64,000 bases of DNA. Source: Candidatus Aminicenantes bacterium (lineage in GTDB: Bacteria > Acidobacteriota > Aminicenantia > Aminicenantales > Aminicenantaceae). Location of the stretch: positions 120,875-184,874 of the forward strand of contig JAFGMO010000012.1 of assembly GCA_016927475.1 (NCBI GenBank), written 5' to 3'. Under the pieces are notes generated by a model that worked only from the letters and a program-made list of their open reading frames with translations, made no database searches and had not been told where the DNA came from. Each line of letters opens with the position of its first letter. The first letter of the stretch is position 1. Positions 50,322 to 59,660 of this stretch are shown here, one piece after another. The position numbers were made by a program, and so were the translations under genes.

Positions 50322-51623
50322 CTAGGGGGTCTTTAACGCTCTCAGGGCCTCGATTTCGGCCAAACGAGCGAAATCTATAGCCTCGGCAAGAATACGGGCC
50401 GCCTCTTGAGGGCTGTGAAATCCGGTGCTGTTTTCCGAGACGATAAAGTCCCATCTCAACTGGCCTTTTCTTTGGGCTTTAAGGGCTTTGGCCAACTGTT
50501 CGTCAGATAGGCCCGCTGCTTTGGCTTCCTTGATGGCGTCTACGGCTGAAAGCAGAGCCTCTTCGCTTTTTCGAAGAAGGGCGGCCGTCTTGTGCTGTAT
50601 ATTGAGAATACGTTCCTTCAGTTCTTCTTCGGGCCAGTTATGACAGGTCTGGCAGGAGCTGTTTAGTTGAACGAGGGGACTCCTTATCCAATGGTCGCTT
50701 ATTTTGACCCCGCCCTCGCGGATATAGGGCATATGGCAGTCGGCGCAGGCAAGTCCCGAACGGGCGTGAATGCCCGTTTCCCAGAGTTCGAAATCCGGGT
50801 GTTGCACTTTTATCAGAGGTGCTCCCGTTTCTTGATGATTCCAGTCGGAAAATGCGTAAGCGTCGTAATGTTCTTCGATCGCCTCAATGGTCCGGCCCAT
50901 GCTCCAAGGAAAAGTTAAAACCTTGTTTTTCCCCTTGAAATAATATTCGGAGTGGCATTGGGCACAGACATAAGTGCGCATTTCCTGGCGGGTGGCCCGG
51001 GAAAGGTTCCGCCCGTTTTGAGCAAAAGCCCGAATAAAAGCCGGGCGGGTGATGCGCAGATCCATAGTGCGGGGGTCATGACAGTCGGCACAGGAGCTCC
51101 CTGTTTTTAAGTTCGGTTTTAGCTGGTTGTAGGGCGTTCTGTTGAAATTTTCCCATCCCATTTTTTTAATGAGTCCCGGGGCTTCGGCCGCGTGGCAGTT
51201 GACACAGGCACCGGGCTGGGAAACCACCATAACACGTTTGGACGTCATCTGGTCCAGTGAGGCGTAGATATGCCCCCGTTCTTCGTCATAGTCAATGCCG
51301 AAGGAATATCCGGCCCAAAGACGCTTCATGGCCGGATAGCGTTCCAGCTTGCTGTAGGGAGTTGACCCGCCGTATGGTGTTTCTCCGTAATCGGTCCGGG
51401 TTTTCATGAAGGAATCGAACTCAAAGGGGAAATTTTTCCCCCAAATACGGGGGTCGATCTCATCAGCGGAAATCTCGACGACCTGGAGTGGATATTGAAG
51501 TGCTTCTTGTTTGTGCTGCTTGATGTTGATGAGGAGGAGCAAAACGGCTGCCGTGGCTGTTGCGGCCGCCAGAAAAACGATGATGAAGATTCCCTTTGTT
51601 TTCAAAAAATGTTTCAGGCTCAT
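50322..51623 (-). CDS. nrfA: pentaheme cytochrome c nitrite reductase catalytic subunit (NrfA-like; CXXCH at active-site heme)
   Basis: Five heme motifs (CVNCH, CADCH, CAQCH, CADCH, CQTCH). Conserved YVCAQCHSEYYF, a signal anchor, and ~430 aa. Confidence 0.75.
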   Translation of the reverse strand: MSLKHFLKTKGIFIIVFLAAATATAAVLLLLINIKQHKQEALQYPLQVVEISADEIDPRIWGKNFPFEFDSFMKTRTDYGETPYGGSTPYSKLERYPAMKRLWAGYSFGIDYDEERGHIYASLDQMTSKRVMVVSQPGACVNCHAAEAPGLIKKMGWENFNRTPYNQLKPNLKTGSSCADCHDPRTMDLRITRPAFIRAFAQNGRNLSRATRQEMRTYVCAQCHSEYYFKGKNKVLTFPWSMGRTIEAIEEHYDAYAFSDWNHQETGAPLIKVQHPDFELWETGIHARSGLACADCHMPYIREGGVKISDHWIRSPLVQLNSSCQTCHNWPEEELKERILNIQHKTAALLRKSEEALLSAVDAIKEAKAAGLSDEQLAKALKAQRKGQLRWDFIVSENSTGFHSPQEAARILAEAIDFARLAEIEALRALKTP

Positions 51624-51637
51624 GATGATTCCTTTCC

Positions 51638-52117
51638 TTATCGGCGATTGCGGTGGCCGACGTTTCCGTGGCAGTGAATGCAGTCACCTTTGGTTTCCCC
51701 TGGTTTATTTATGGGAGTACGGCTGACGAATTTTCCGTGGCAGCGTAAACAGTTTTTCAAAACAATATTCCGGTTGGATGGTTGAATGATGATGGGTTCA
51801 TTGAAATCTCCGGTGGTGAAGGCGGAGCCGTGATTCCAGCCACTGATGGCTTTGACGGCGTATTTTTTCACAATGTTTTTCGGTGTGTGGCAGTCGTTGC
51901 AGCTTGCGGCTTGATGATGGCTGGACCGGTTCCAGGCATCGAACTGGGAGCGCATGACATGGCAATTGAGGCAGGCTTGGGGGTCATCACGGAGATAAGA
52001 GTGTCCACCGGCATAAAAAAAGGTGAAGAGTGAGAATCCAAAAAATATTCCGAAAATGATAACAAGCAAAAGAGCATATGAATGCTTTTTTTTCTTTGTC
52101 ACGGAAGTGTCTTTCAT
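51638..52117 (-). CDS. nrfH: cytochrome c nitrite reductase small subunit (NapC/NirT-type tetraheme quinol dehydrogenase)
   Basis: An N-terminal TM anchor and four CXXCH motifs (CLNCH, CNDCH, CLRCH, CIHCH). It is immediately upstream of nrfA. Confidence 0.8.
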   Translation of the reverse strand: MKDTSVTKKKKHSYALLLVIIFGIFFGFSLFTFFYAGGHSYLRDDPQACLNCHVMRSQFDAWNRSSHHQAASCNDCHTPKNIVKKYAVKAISGWNHGSAFTTGDFNEPIIIQPSNRNIVLKNCLRCHGKFVSRTPINKPGETKGDCIHCHGNVGHRNRR

Positions 52118-52289
52118 GAAAAAATATCTTCGTATGTTTCAAGTTTGATGATAAACGGGATAAATAAGCAGGTCAATGTATTAGAACAAAATTTTTCATT
52201 TTGTTTGCCTTTTCCAAAATATGTATTGAGTTGGATTATTTTGAGGCATACAATGAAAAAGTCATTGTATACAAAAAGAAGGAAACGTC

Positions 52290-53870
52290 ATGAGCGCCGG
52301 TAAAAACATATTTTTTTATGGAAAAGACAGTTTGACTGTTGGGGCGGCCTTGCGGATTGTTCAAGGAGAAAGCAAGGCTGTCCTGGATGGAGATACCAAG
52401 CAGCGGGTGAAAAGAAGCAGAAAGTACGTTCGGAAGATGGTCGAAAACAAGGATACGGTCTATGGAATCACGACCGGATTCGGTCCGTTGTGCACGACCA
52501 ACATATCACCGGAAGAGACACAAAAACTCCAGCACAATATTCTCAAGAGCCATAGTGTCGGGGTGGGAGAATCTATCCCCGATAGCATTGTCCGTTTGAT
52601 GCTCATCTTAAAAATCCATGCCCTTTCAAAGGGATTTTCAGGTATTTCGCCTTCCACACTGGAACGTATGATTCATCTGTTTGAACAGAATATCGTCCCT
52701 GTCGTCCCCGCCCAAGGTTCGGTGGGGGCTTCGGGCGATTTGGCGCCGCTGGCCCATCTTTTTCTTCCGCTCATTGGATTGGGCCGGGTGCGGTTTCAAG
52801 GAAAAGAAAAATCCGCAGGTGATGTGCTTCGAAAACTCAACCTCAAACCGCTGGAATTGGGACCAAAGGAGGGGTTGGCCTTGATCAACGGAACCCAGTT
52901 TATGACCGCCTTCGCGGCCTCCGGTCTGGCCCGGTTTCTCAACTGCCTGGACAACGCCGATATCGTCGGAGCCATGAGCCTGGATGCCCTGATGGGATCG
53001 GTCCAACCCTTTAACGCAGCCCTTCAAAACCTTCGGCCTTATACCGGCGGCAGGCATGCGGCCCATCGCATCCGTTCTCTTTTGACGGGTTCCGAGATCA
53101 ATGTTTCGCACCGGGACTGCGGCCGGGTCCAGGATCCCTATTCGTTGAGGTGTATGTCCCACGTGCATGGGGCATCCAGGAATGCCTGGCTTCATCTCAA
53201 GGAAACATTGCATGTTGAGATGAATGCCGTCACGGACAATCCGGTCATTCTGGAGGACGGGTCAGCCGTAAGCGGCGGTAACTTTCACGGGCAGCCCCTG
53301 GCCTTGCCCCTGGATTATGCTTCTTTAGCTTCCAGCGAACTGGGAAACATTTCCGACCGAAGGACATATCTTATGCTTAAAGGAGATTCATGTGGCTTGC
53401 CCCGTCTTCTTGTGGATCATTCGGGCATCAACTCGGGCTTTATGATTCTTCAGTATACGTCGGCAGCCTTGGCCAGTGAAAACAAAAGCCTCTGTTTTCC
53501 CCCCAGTGCGGACAGCATTCCTACCTCTCTCGGGCAGGAGGATCATGTCAGTATGGGTGCTGTCAGCGGAAGAAGACTCCACGATATTCTTCAGAACCTG
53601 GAAAACATCTTGGCCGTTGAGCTTCTTGCAGCCACTCAAGCCCTTGATTTCAGAAAACCTTTAAAAACGGGAAAAATCTTGAATGATTGTTATAAGCGGG
53701 TGAGGGAAAAGATTGACCACCTTGATGAAGACCGGCTTTTGGAACGGGACCTTAAGGAAGCCCGCAAACTCATCACAAGCGGAGAATTGGTAAGAATTTC
53801 AGCGGACACCGCAAAAAAGCATGGGTTGAACTTAGCGGGGGACGATGGGCCGCTGTTTATCCTCGACTGA
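52290..53870 (+). CDS. hutH: histidine ammonia-lyase (MIO-dependent aromatic amino acid ammonia-lyase family)
   Basis: An ASG triad (GSVGASGDLAPLAHL) that forms the MIO cofactor. 526 aa. Confidence 0.8.
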   Translation: MSAGKNIFFYGKDSLTVGAALRIVQGESKAVLDGDTKQRVKRSRKYVRKMVENKDTVYGITTGFGPLCTTNISPEETQKLQHNILKSHSVGVGESIPDSIVRLMLILKIHALSKGFSGISPSTLERMIHLFEQNIVPVVPAQGSVGASGDLAPLAHLFLPLIGLGRVRFQGKEKSAGDVLRKLNLKPLELGPKEGLALINGTQFMTAFAASGLARFLNCLDNADIVGAMSLDALMGSVQPFNAALQNLRPYTGGRHAAHRIRSLLTGSEINVSHRDCGRVQDPYSLRCMSHVHGASRNAWLHLKETLHVEMNAVTDNPVILEDGSAVSGGNFHGQPLALPLDYASLASSELGNISDRRTYLMLKGDSCGLPRLLVDHSGINSGFMILQYTSAALASENKSLCFPPSADSIPTSLGQEDHVSMGAVSGRRLHDILQNLENILAVELLAATQALDFRKPLKTGKILNDCYKRVREKIDHLDEDRLLERDLKEARKLITSGELVRISADTAKKHGLNLAGDDGPLFILD

Positions 53871-54017
53871 ATAATACCCACCTGGCATAGATATTGCTGA
53901 AGTATAAAACTTCCGTAACATTTTTATTGTTTTTTATTTTTAGTCTGGAAAAAGGTTGTCGTTTTTGAATGGATTGCTTAACACCGGAAAATTATTTTAC
54001 ATTTTAAGGAGGATTCG

Positions 54018-55043
54018 GTGAAAAAATTTTGTGTTCTTGCCGTTTTGTTTTGTGTTGTTTGTGCCCTTAACAGCCGTCCGCAGGAGAATGAATATCAATA
54101 CAGCGATTATGCCGCCATGCGATCCCATGTCGGAAAACTTTTCGCGGAACAGAAATACATGGAAGCGGCCAGAATTCTGGAATGGGCTCTTGAGGAATAT
54201 CCGGATCACGTTCTGGCGAATTCCTATAACCTGGCTCTTATGTGGGTACATCTTAAGGAGTATGAAAAGAGTGCGGCTGCGCTGCAGGCCGGGATCGACA
54301 GGGGAATATGGTACGGAAAATATTCTTTTTTTCAGGATTTTTGGGAGCCCATGAAAAAAATGGAATCTTTTCAGACGGTCTTAACCGTCTGCCAGGAAAA
54401 GATGAAGGAAAAACAGGTGCAGAGCAAACCGGAAGTCCTGGTGCTTACCCCGGAAAATTATCAAAAGGATAAAAAATATCCTCTTTTTATCGCTCTTCAC
54501 GGCGGAGGGGGGAACATAGAAGGTTTCAAAGAAAACTGGACATCGGAAAAACTCAACAAAAAATTTATCGTTCTTTTTGTCCAATCCTCTATGGCCGTGA
54601 GTATGGACGGATACAACTGGACAGAAGATATTGAAAAATCCAAAAACGAAATAAAAGCGGCTTATGAAAAAATTCTTCCCGAATATCCCATCGATACCGA
54701 CAAAGTCATCATCGGGGGCTTTTCTTCAGGGGGAGTGGCTTCCCTGGCCGTCGTTCTGGACAATACTCTTCCGGTTGCTGGTTTTGTCGTCCTCTGCCCG
54801 GCTAAACCCGAATCCTTCAGCCGCGAGCGTGTCGAAAGCATGAAAAACAGGGGCCTTCGGGGAACCATCCTGACCACGGAGATGGATGGCCGCCTTAATG
54901 ACCAGAAAGAGATGGCGGCTGTTCTGAAAGAGACCGGTTTCGACCACCGGTTTATCGTCACACCGAATATCGGCCACTGGTTTCCGGAAGACATGAATGT
55001 TAAGATTGATGAAGCCATTGAGCATATCTTAAATGATGAATAA
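54018..55043 (+). CDS. secreted alpha/beta-hydrolase (esterase/lipase-like) with N-terminal TPR-like region
   Basis: A signal peptide and the nucleophile elbow GFSSGG. LHGGGG is present, and downstream Asp/His residues are compatible with a Ser-Asp-His triad. Confidence 0.6.
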   Translation: MKKFCVLAVLFCVVCALNSRPQENEYQYSDYAAMRSHVGKLFAEQKYMEAARILEWALEEYPDHVLANSYNLALMWVHLKEYEKSAAALQAGIDRGIWYGKYSFFQDFWEPMKKMESFQTVLTVCQEKMKEKQVQSKPEVLVLTPENYQKDKKYPLFIALHGGGGNIEGFKENWTSEKLNKKFIVLFVQSSMAVSMDGYNWTEDIEKSKNEIKAAYEKILPEYPIDTDKVIIGGFSSGGVASLAVVLDNTLPVAGFVVLCPAKPESFSRERVESMKNRGLRGTILTTEMDGRLNDQKEMAAVLKETGFDHRFIVTPNIGHWFPEDMNVKIDEAIEHILNDE

Positions 55044-55049
55044 GATTGA

Positions 55050-56813
55050 ATGTTAAACAAGGAGGATGTTATGAAGGGCAAGCGGACTTTTATCCTATGT
55101 TTGGTTTTTTTGCTTGTGGCCGCCGGTATCTGTCAGGACCAGGATATTTTTGAAGCCATTGTCAAAGGCGACCTGACCACGGTTAAATCTCTTTTAGAAA
55201 AAGATCCCGGACTTTTGATGGCCAAAGGCAGAAACGGAGTCACACCCCTCCATATTGCTGCATTTGAGGGGCAACTGGAGATCGTCAAGATGCTTTGTGA
55301 AAAGGGGGCCGATGTTCGGGCCGGAGACACTCAGCTAGGAACTCCCCTTCATTATGCCGCTTATAATGGCCAGGACGCGGTGGTCGGTTTTTTGATCGAC
55401 CGGGGTGTTGATGTCGACATCAAAAACGAAAGCGGAGCAACACCTCTTTTTTTGGCTGTTAACCGGGGGAAGAAGAGCACGGCCGACCTGCTCATTTCCC
55501 GCGGGTCGGACATCAATGCCATGGATTCCATTGGCTACAGTGCACTGCGCATCGCCTGCATACGGAATAATGGAGAAATGGTCCAGTTTCTTGCTGACAA
55601 AGGGGCCAGAATCAACCAGCGTTTAGATGCCGGGAATACGCTTCTTCATGAGTCCGCTGCCGAAGGGCGGAAAGAGATCATGGAGATTTTTATCGCCCGG
55701 GGATTGGATGTTGAGGTTAAAAATAAAGCTGGACAAACGCCGCTTCATTTGGCGGCTTTTTACGGACAAAAAGACTGTGCGGCTTTTCTCATCGAGAAAG
55801 GTGCGGACATCAGCCTTCAGGATGGAGCCGGAGATACCCCTCTTCACGGGGCTGCATGGGGAGGGCATAAAGCCGTCGTTGAGCTTTTGGTATCCGGGGG
55901 AGCCGATCTCGTGGTTCAAAATGCGGAGGGACGAACAGCTCTTGATTGTGCTTCGGCCAATGGGAAAAAAGAGACGGCAGATTTCATGCGGGCAGCCGGA
56001 GCCCAGGGGGCGGCCGGTTTGTGGGAGGAAAAGGCATTCGCCAAAGTCAAGCAAGCACAGGGCAAGGGATTAAAAAGTCCCCTGAAATTCACCATACTCT
56101 ATGACAATTATGTTTCCCGGGAAGGGACAAAGTCCGATTGGGGTTTTTCCTGTCTTATCGAGGGCGCAGAAAAAACCATCCTCTTCGATACGGGAACTCG
56201 AAGCGATATACTCTGGCACAACATCAAGGAGGTGGATGTTGATGCGAGCAGGGTGGATCAGATCGTTATCTCCCATATCCACCTCGATCACACGGGCGGC
56301 TTGTTCTCCGTGCTGGAAAAACATCACGATGTTGAGGTTTATCTGCCCCATACTTTTCCTTATGATTTTTTCCGCAGGGTTGATAAAAGCGGAGCTCGAA
56401 GCCAACCGGTCAACCAACCCGTGCAGATCTGTGAAAATGTCTATTCAACCGGAGAGATGGGAGACCGGATCAAAGAGCAGTCTTTGATCATCAACACGCA
56501 GAAAGGCTTGATCATTGTCACCGGCTGTTCCCATCAGGGAATCGTCAACATTCTCGACAGGGCCCGGGAGATGTTCGACAGTCCCATTTACCTTGTGTTC
56601 GGCGGATTCCATCTCGGAGGAACGCCCAGGGCCGAACTGGAAAAAATCGTTCAAAGCTTCAAGGATAAAGGGGTTGTGAAATGCGGAGCCACTCACTGTA
56701 CTGGGGATGAAGCCATCGGTATGTTCAAGGAAGCCTATGGAGAAAATTATGTTTCCTTGGGAACGGGAAGGGTTCTGGAAATCGAGACGGCCGAAGAAAA
56801 AAGCGAAAAATAA
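55050..56813 (+). CDS. secreted ankyrin-repeat protein fused to a metallo-beta-lactamase-fold (COG1237-type) domain
   Basis: A signal peptide and about 8 ankyrin repeats (G.TPLH.AA..G). The C-terminal part has HIHLDHTGG (HxHxDH) plus downstream His/Asp ligands. Confidence 0.7.
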   Translation: MLNKEDVMKGKRTFILCLVFLLVAAGICQDQDIFEAIVKGDLTTVKSLLEKDPGLLMAKGRNGVTPLHIAAFEGQLEIVKMLCEKGADVRAGDTQLGTPLHYAAYNGQDAVVGFLIDRGVDVDIKNESGATPLFLAVNRGKKSTADLLISRGSDINAMDSIGYSALRIACIRNNGEMVQFLADKGARINQRLDAGNTLLHESAAEGRKEIMEIFIARGLDVEVKNKAGQTPLHLAAFYGQKDCAAFLIEKGADISLQDGAGDTPLHGAAWGGHKAVVELLVSGGADLVVQNAEGRTALDCASANGKKETADFMRAAGAQGAAGLWEEKAFAKVKQAQGKGLKSPLKFTILYDNYVSREGTKSDWGFSCLIEGAEKTILFDTGTRSDILWHNIKEVDVDASRVDQIVISHIHLDHTGGLFSVLEKHHDVEVYLPHTFPYDFFRRVDKSGARSQPVNQPVQICENVYSTGEMGDRIKEQSLIINTQKGLIIVTGCSHQGIVNILDRAREMFDSPIYLVFGGFHLGGTPRAELEKIVQSFKDKGVVKCGATHCTGDEAIGMFKEAYGENYVSLGTGRVLEIETAEEKSEK

Positions 56814-56847
56814 CGTTCCCGCTTAATGGTGTCCTGGAAAAACTCAG

Positions 56848-56895
56848 GTTTTTTCAAGGATCTGCCGTCACATCGGCGGAGAATATAACCCTGAG
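56848..56895. terminator. candidate bidirectional terminator between convergent ankyrin-MBL gene and cydB
   Basis: An inverted repeat actcagg...cctgagt with an adjacent T-run (ggttttttc). It lies in the 88-bp gap between convergent stops. Confidence 0.25.
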
Positions 56896-56901
56896 TTCGA
56901 A

Positions 56902-57915
56902 TCAGTAAGATTCTTTTTCCTCTTCGATTTTTCCTCTAAAAACTCGGTAAAGATAGACCGTAATACCGATAACCACCGGCATGCCTAGGATGGCGATGAT
57001 AAGCATCACCTTGAGGGTCAGTTCGCTGGAACTGGCGTTGGTGGCCATCAGGCTGAGGGAAAGGTCGTTGGAAGCGCGCACGAGATAGGGGTAATGGACG
57101 GAACCGGCGATACCCCAAAGCCCCAAAAAGGCCGTTGACGAGGCACCGAAAACCCATCCTTCCCGGCTTTTTTTCAAACCGGCAAGCAGGAATCCCAAAG
57201 AAACGAGAATAAGAACGGTGAAAATCCAGGCCGTTGGTTTGGATGCGGCTCCCGGCAGATAAACCAGGCCTAGAAGGAAACAAAGGATAAGCAGGGCGGT
57301 ATATATCCAAAGGAGAGTGACGGAGAACCGGCCGGCCCTTATTTTGAGGGGGCCCTCGTTTTTTAAAAAGGCAAAGGTTGTTCCTTGAAGAAGAATGGCG
57401 GCACATCCCAGCAGGCCTACGGCAAGGGGAAACGGGCGAATCAGGGTTAAGAAGTTTCCGATGAAATCCATGTTTTCGTTGAGAGGTATGCCGACTAAGA
57501 CATTGCCCAGGGCGACACCGAAAAACAGAGCCGGCAGAAAGCTCCCCAGGGTGAAGGCCCATTCCCAGATTTTTTTTCTCCTGGGGTCATGGGCCCTGAA
57601 TTCGAGGGAAACGGCCCTGAAAATAAGGGAAAAAAGAACGAGCATCAGGGCCAGATAAAATCCGCTGAAAACCGTAGCGTACGCCTGGGGAAATGCGGCG
57701 AAAAGGGCTCCGCCTGCGGTTAATAGCCAGACTTCGTTGCCGTCCCAGAATGGCCCGATGGTTGAAACGAGCTTCTCTTTTTCTTCTTCGTTCCCGGCCA
57801 AAAAAGGAAAAAGCGTTCCGATGCCCAGGTCAAACCCGTCAAGGATGGAATATCCCGCCAGGAGAACACCGATAAGAACAAACCAGATATTTTGTAGAAG
57901 GTTCCAGGTATTCAT
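56902..57915 (-). CDS. cydB: cytochrome bd ubiquinol oxidase subunit II
   Basis: Begins MNTWNLLQNIWFVLIGVLLAGYSILDGFDLGIG and has 8-9 TM helices. The start is set at the internal ATG at 57915, overlapping the cydA stop (ATGA). The longer ORF-track N-terminus is out-of-frame overlap with cydA. Confidence 0.85.
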   Translation of the reverse strand: MNTWNLLQNIWFVLIGVLLAGYSILDGFDLGIGTLFPFLAGNEEEKEKLVSTIGPFWDGNEVWLLTAGGALFAAFPQAYATVFSGFYLALMLVLFSLIFRAVSLEFRAHDPRRKKIWEWAFTLGSFLPALFFGVALGNVLVGIPLNENMDFIGNFLTLIRPFPLAVGLLGCAAILLQGTTFAFLKNEGPLKIRAGRFSVTLLWIYTALLILCFLLGLVYLPGAASKPTAWIFTVLILVSLGFLLAGLKKSREGWVFGASSTAFLGLWGIAGSVHYPYLVRASNDLSLSLMATNASSSELTLKVMLIIAILGMPVVIGITVYLYRVFRGKIEEEKESY

Positions 57916-59249
57916 GGTCTGCCTCCTTCTTGGTTTTTTTCCAGTTCCTGCAGACCTTTTCTGATGAGTTTTAAAATGACCATCAGACCCACGGCGCCGA
58001 TGAGAGCGTAAACGAGAATAAACAATATTAGGGTGAGAAGAATATTTCCTGAAGGCACCACGGGTGAGACGGCATCCGCCGTGCGCAGAATCCTGTAGAC
58101 GGCCCAAGGCTGCCGTCCGACCTCGGCCGCGATCCAGCCCCATTCGTTGGCCAGGTAGGGCAGAGGAAGGGCCAGGAGGAGGGATCGAAGAAACCATTTG
58201 GTTTGGTGAGTTTTTTTGCGGACCAGAAGATAAATACCAACCAGGGAAAGACCGATGAACACCATTCCGAAGAGAATCATGAGGTGATAGGAGACAAAGG
58301 GAAGAAAGACCGGCGGCTGTTCGTCGGCGGGAAAGACGTCGAGTCCTGTAACCTCGGCCTCGGGATCAAAGTGAATGAGCAGGCTGAGAAGTTTGGGGAC
58401 CTCGACGAGGAGATGGGTTTTTTGGTTCTGTTTGTCGGGAAAGCCGAAGAGTGCCATGGGCGCGCCTTTTTGGGTTTCCCAGAGGGCTTCGAAAGCAGCC
58501 ATTTTTTCCGGTTGTGTTTCGGCGACCTTAACCGAATGGGCGTGCCCCGAACCGAGCTGAAGAAGGGAGGCGGCGATGAACACAATAAGCGATAAGCGCA
58601 GGATGATTCGGGCCGGGATCAGATGCCTTTTTTTGAGAATATACCAAGCGGAGATGGCGGCGGCGAAAAGGGAGCCGGTAATCCAACCGGCCAGAACGAC
58701 GTGAAGATAACGGACCATGGTGGAAGGATTCAAGGCGGCCTGAAAAAAATTCGTCAGGACGGCCTTGGTTCCTTCCATGCGAAAGCCGGCCGGAGTCTGC
58801 ATCCATGAATTGGCGATGATGATCCACAATCCGGATAGGTGCGAGGCGAAAAAGACCAGGAAAGCGGAAAACCAGTACATTTTTTGGGAGACCTTTTTTC
58901 GCCCGAAGATCAGAATACCCAGGAATACGGATTCCAGGAAAAAGGAAAAAATGCCTTCCGCTGCCAACGGGGCGCCGAAAATGTCGCCGACGGTCCGGGA
59001 ATATTCCGACCAGTTATTGCCGAAGGCGAACTCCAGGACGATTCCCGTGGCCACTCCCAAGACAAAAACAATGCCGAGAAGTTTGATTAGAAAGGATGAT
59101 ATTCTTCGGTAGAGGTCGTCCTTTGTCTTCAGGTAGAGCGATTCGACCAAAAGGATGATGAACGTCAGCCCAAAGGTCGTCGGAGGAAAAAGAAAATGGA
59201 ATCCTGCTGTGAAGCCGAATTGGATTCTGGCGAGAAGAACGGCATCCAT
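57912..59249 (-). CDS. cydA: cytochrome bd ubiquinol oxidase subunit I
   Basis: Begins MDAVLLARIQFGFTAGFHFLFPPTTFGL and has a Q-loop region. 445 aa. Confidence 0.9.
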   Translation of the reverse strand: MDAVLLARIQFGFTAGFHFLFPPTTFGLTFIILLVESLYLKTKDDLYRRISSFLIKLLGIVFVLGVATGIVLEFAFGNNWSEYSRTVGDIFGAPLAAEGIFSFFLESVFLGILIFGRKKVSQKMYWFSAFLVFFASHLSGLWIIIANSWMQTPAGFRMEGTKAVLTNFFQAALNPSTMVRYLHVVLAGWITGSLFAAAISAWYILKKRHLIPARIILRLSLIVFIAASLLQLGSGHAHSVKVAETQPEKMAAFEALWETQKGAPMALFGFPDKQNQKTHLLVEVPKLLSLLIHFDPEAEVTGLDVFPADEQPPVFLPFVSYHLMILFGMVFIGLSLVGIYLLVRKKTHQTKWFLRSLLLALPLPYLANEWGWIAAEVGRQPWAVYRILRTADAVSPVVPSGNILLTLILFILVYALIGAVGLMVILKLIRKGLQELEKNQEGGRP

Positions 59250-59660
59250 ACCCAGCCTCCCTTTTTTTTAAAATCAATATTTCGTTCGTTAAAATCTGCT
59301 TTTATTTTACCAAGTTCTCTCTTGCCAAATTCTTTTGTAATAAAAGCAAATAAAAAAAATATAAAAATACCAGTAATAATTATAAATATAATACAAAAAA
59401 TATTTTTTGTATTTTTTTGTTATTTTCAGGGGGCATTTTTGCTCCTTTTTGCCGGATACCATATCAGACTCGACAGTTTTTGCTTTTCAAACAAAAAATA
59501 ATAATGTTTTGAAATGTTGTCAATAATGTTGCAAAAAATGTTGTTGAGACTGAATTTGTTAGTATGAATTATCTTAATTTTGGGATGCAAATTTCATTAA
59601 ATTTAGGTAAAATAATAAAATAAGCATTATCCAAAAGTCATTAAAGGGAGGAGTATGGTT

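Noticed and set aside
57916-58197. N-terminal 94-aa extension of the cydB ORF (MVSSIPPPGP...)
   Set aside because: It overlaps the 3' end of cydA in another frame. CydB homologs start at MNTWNLL, and that ATG overlaps the cydA stop (ATGA).
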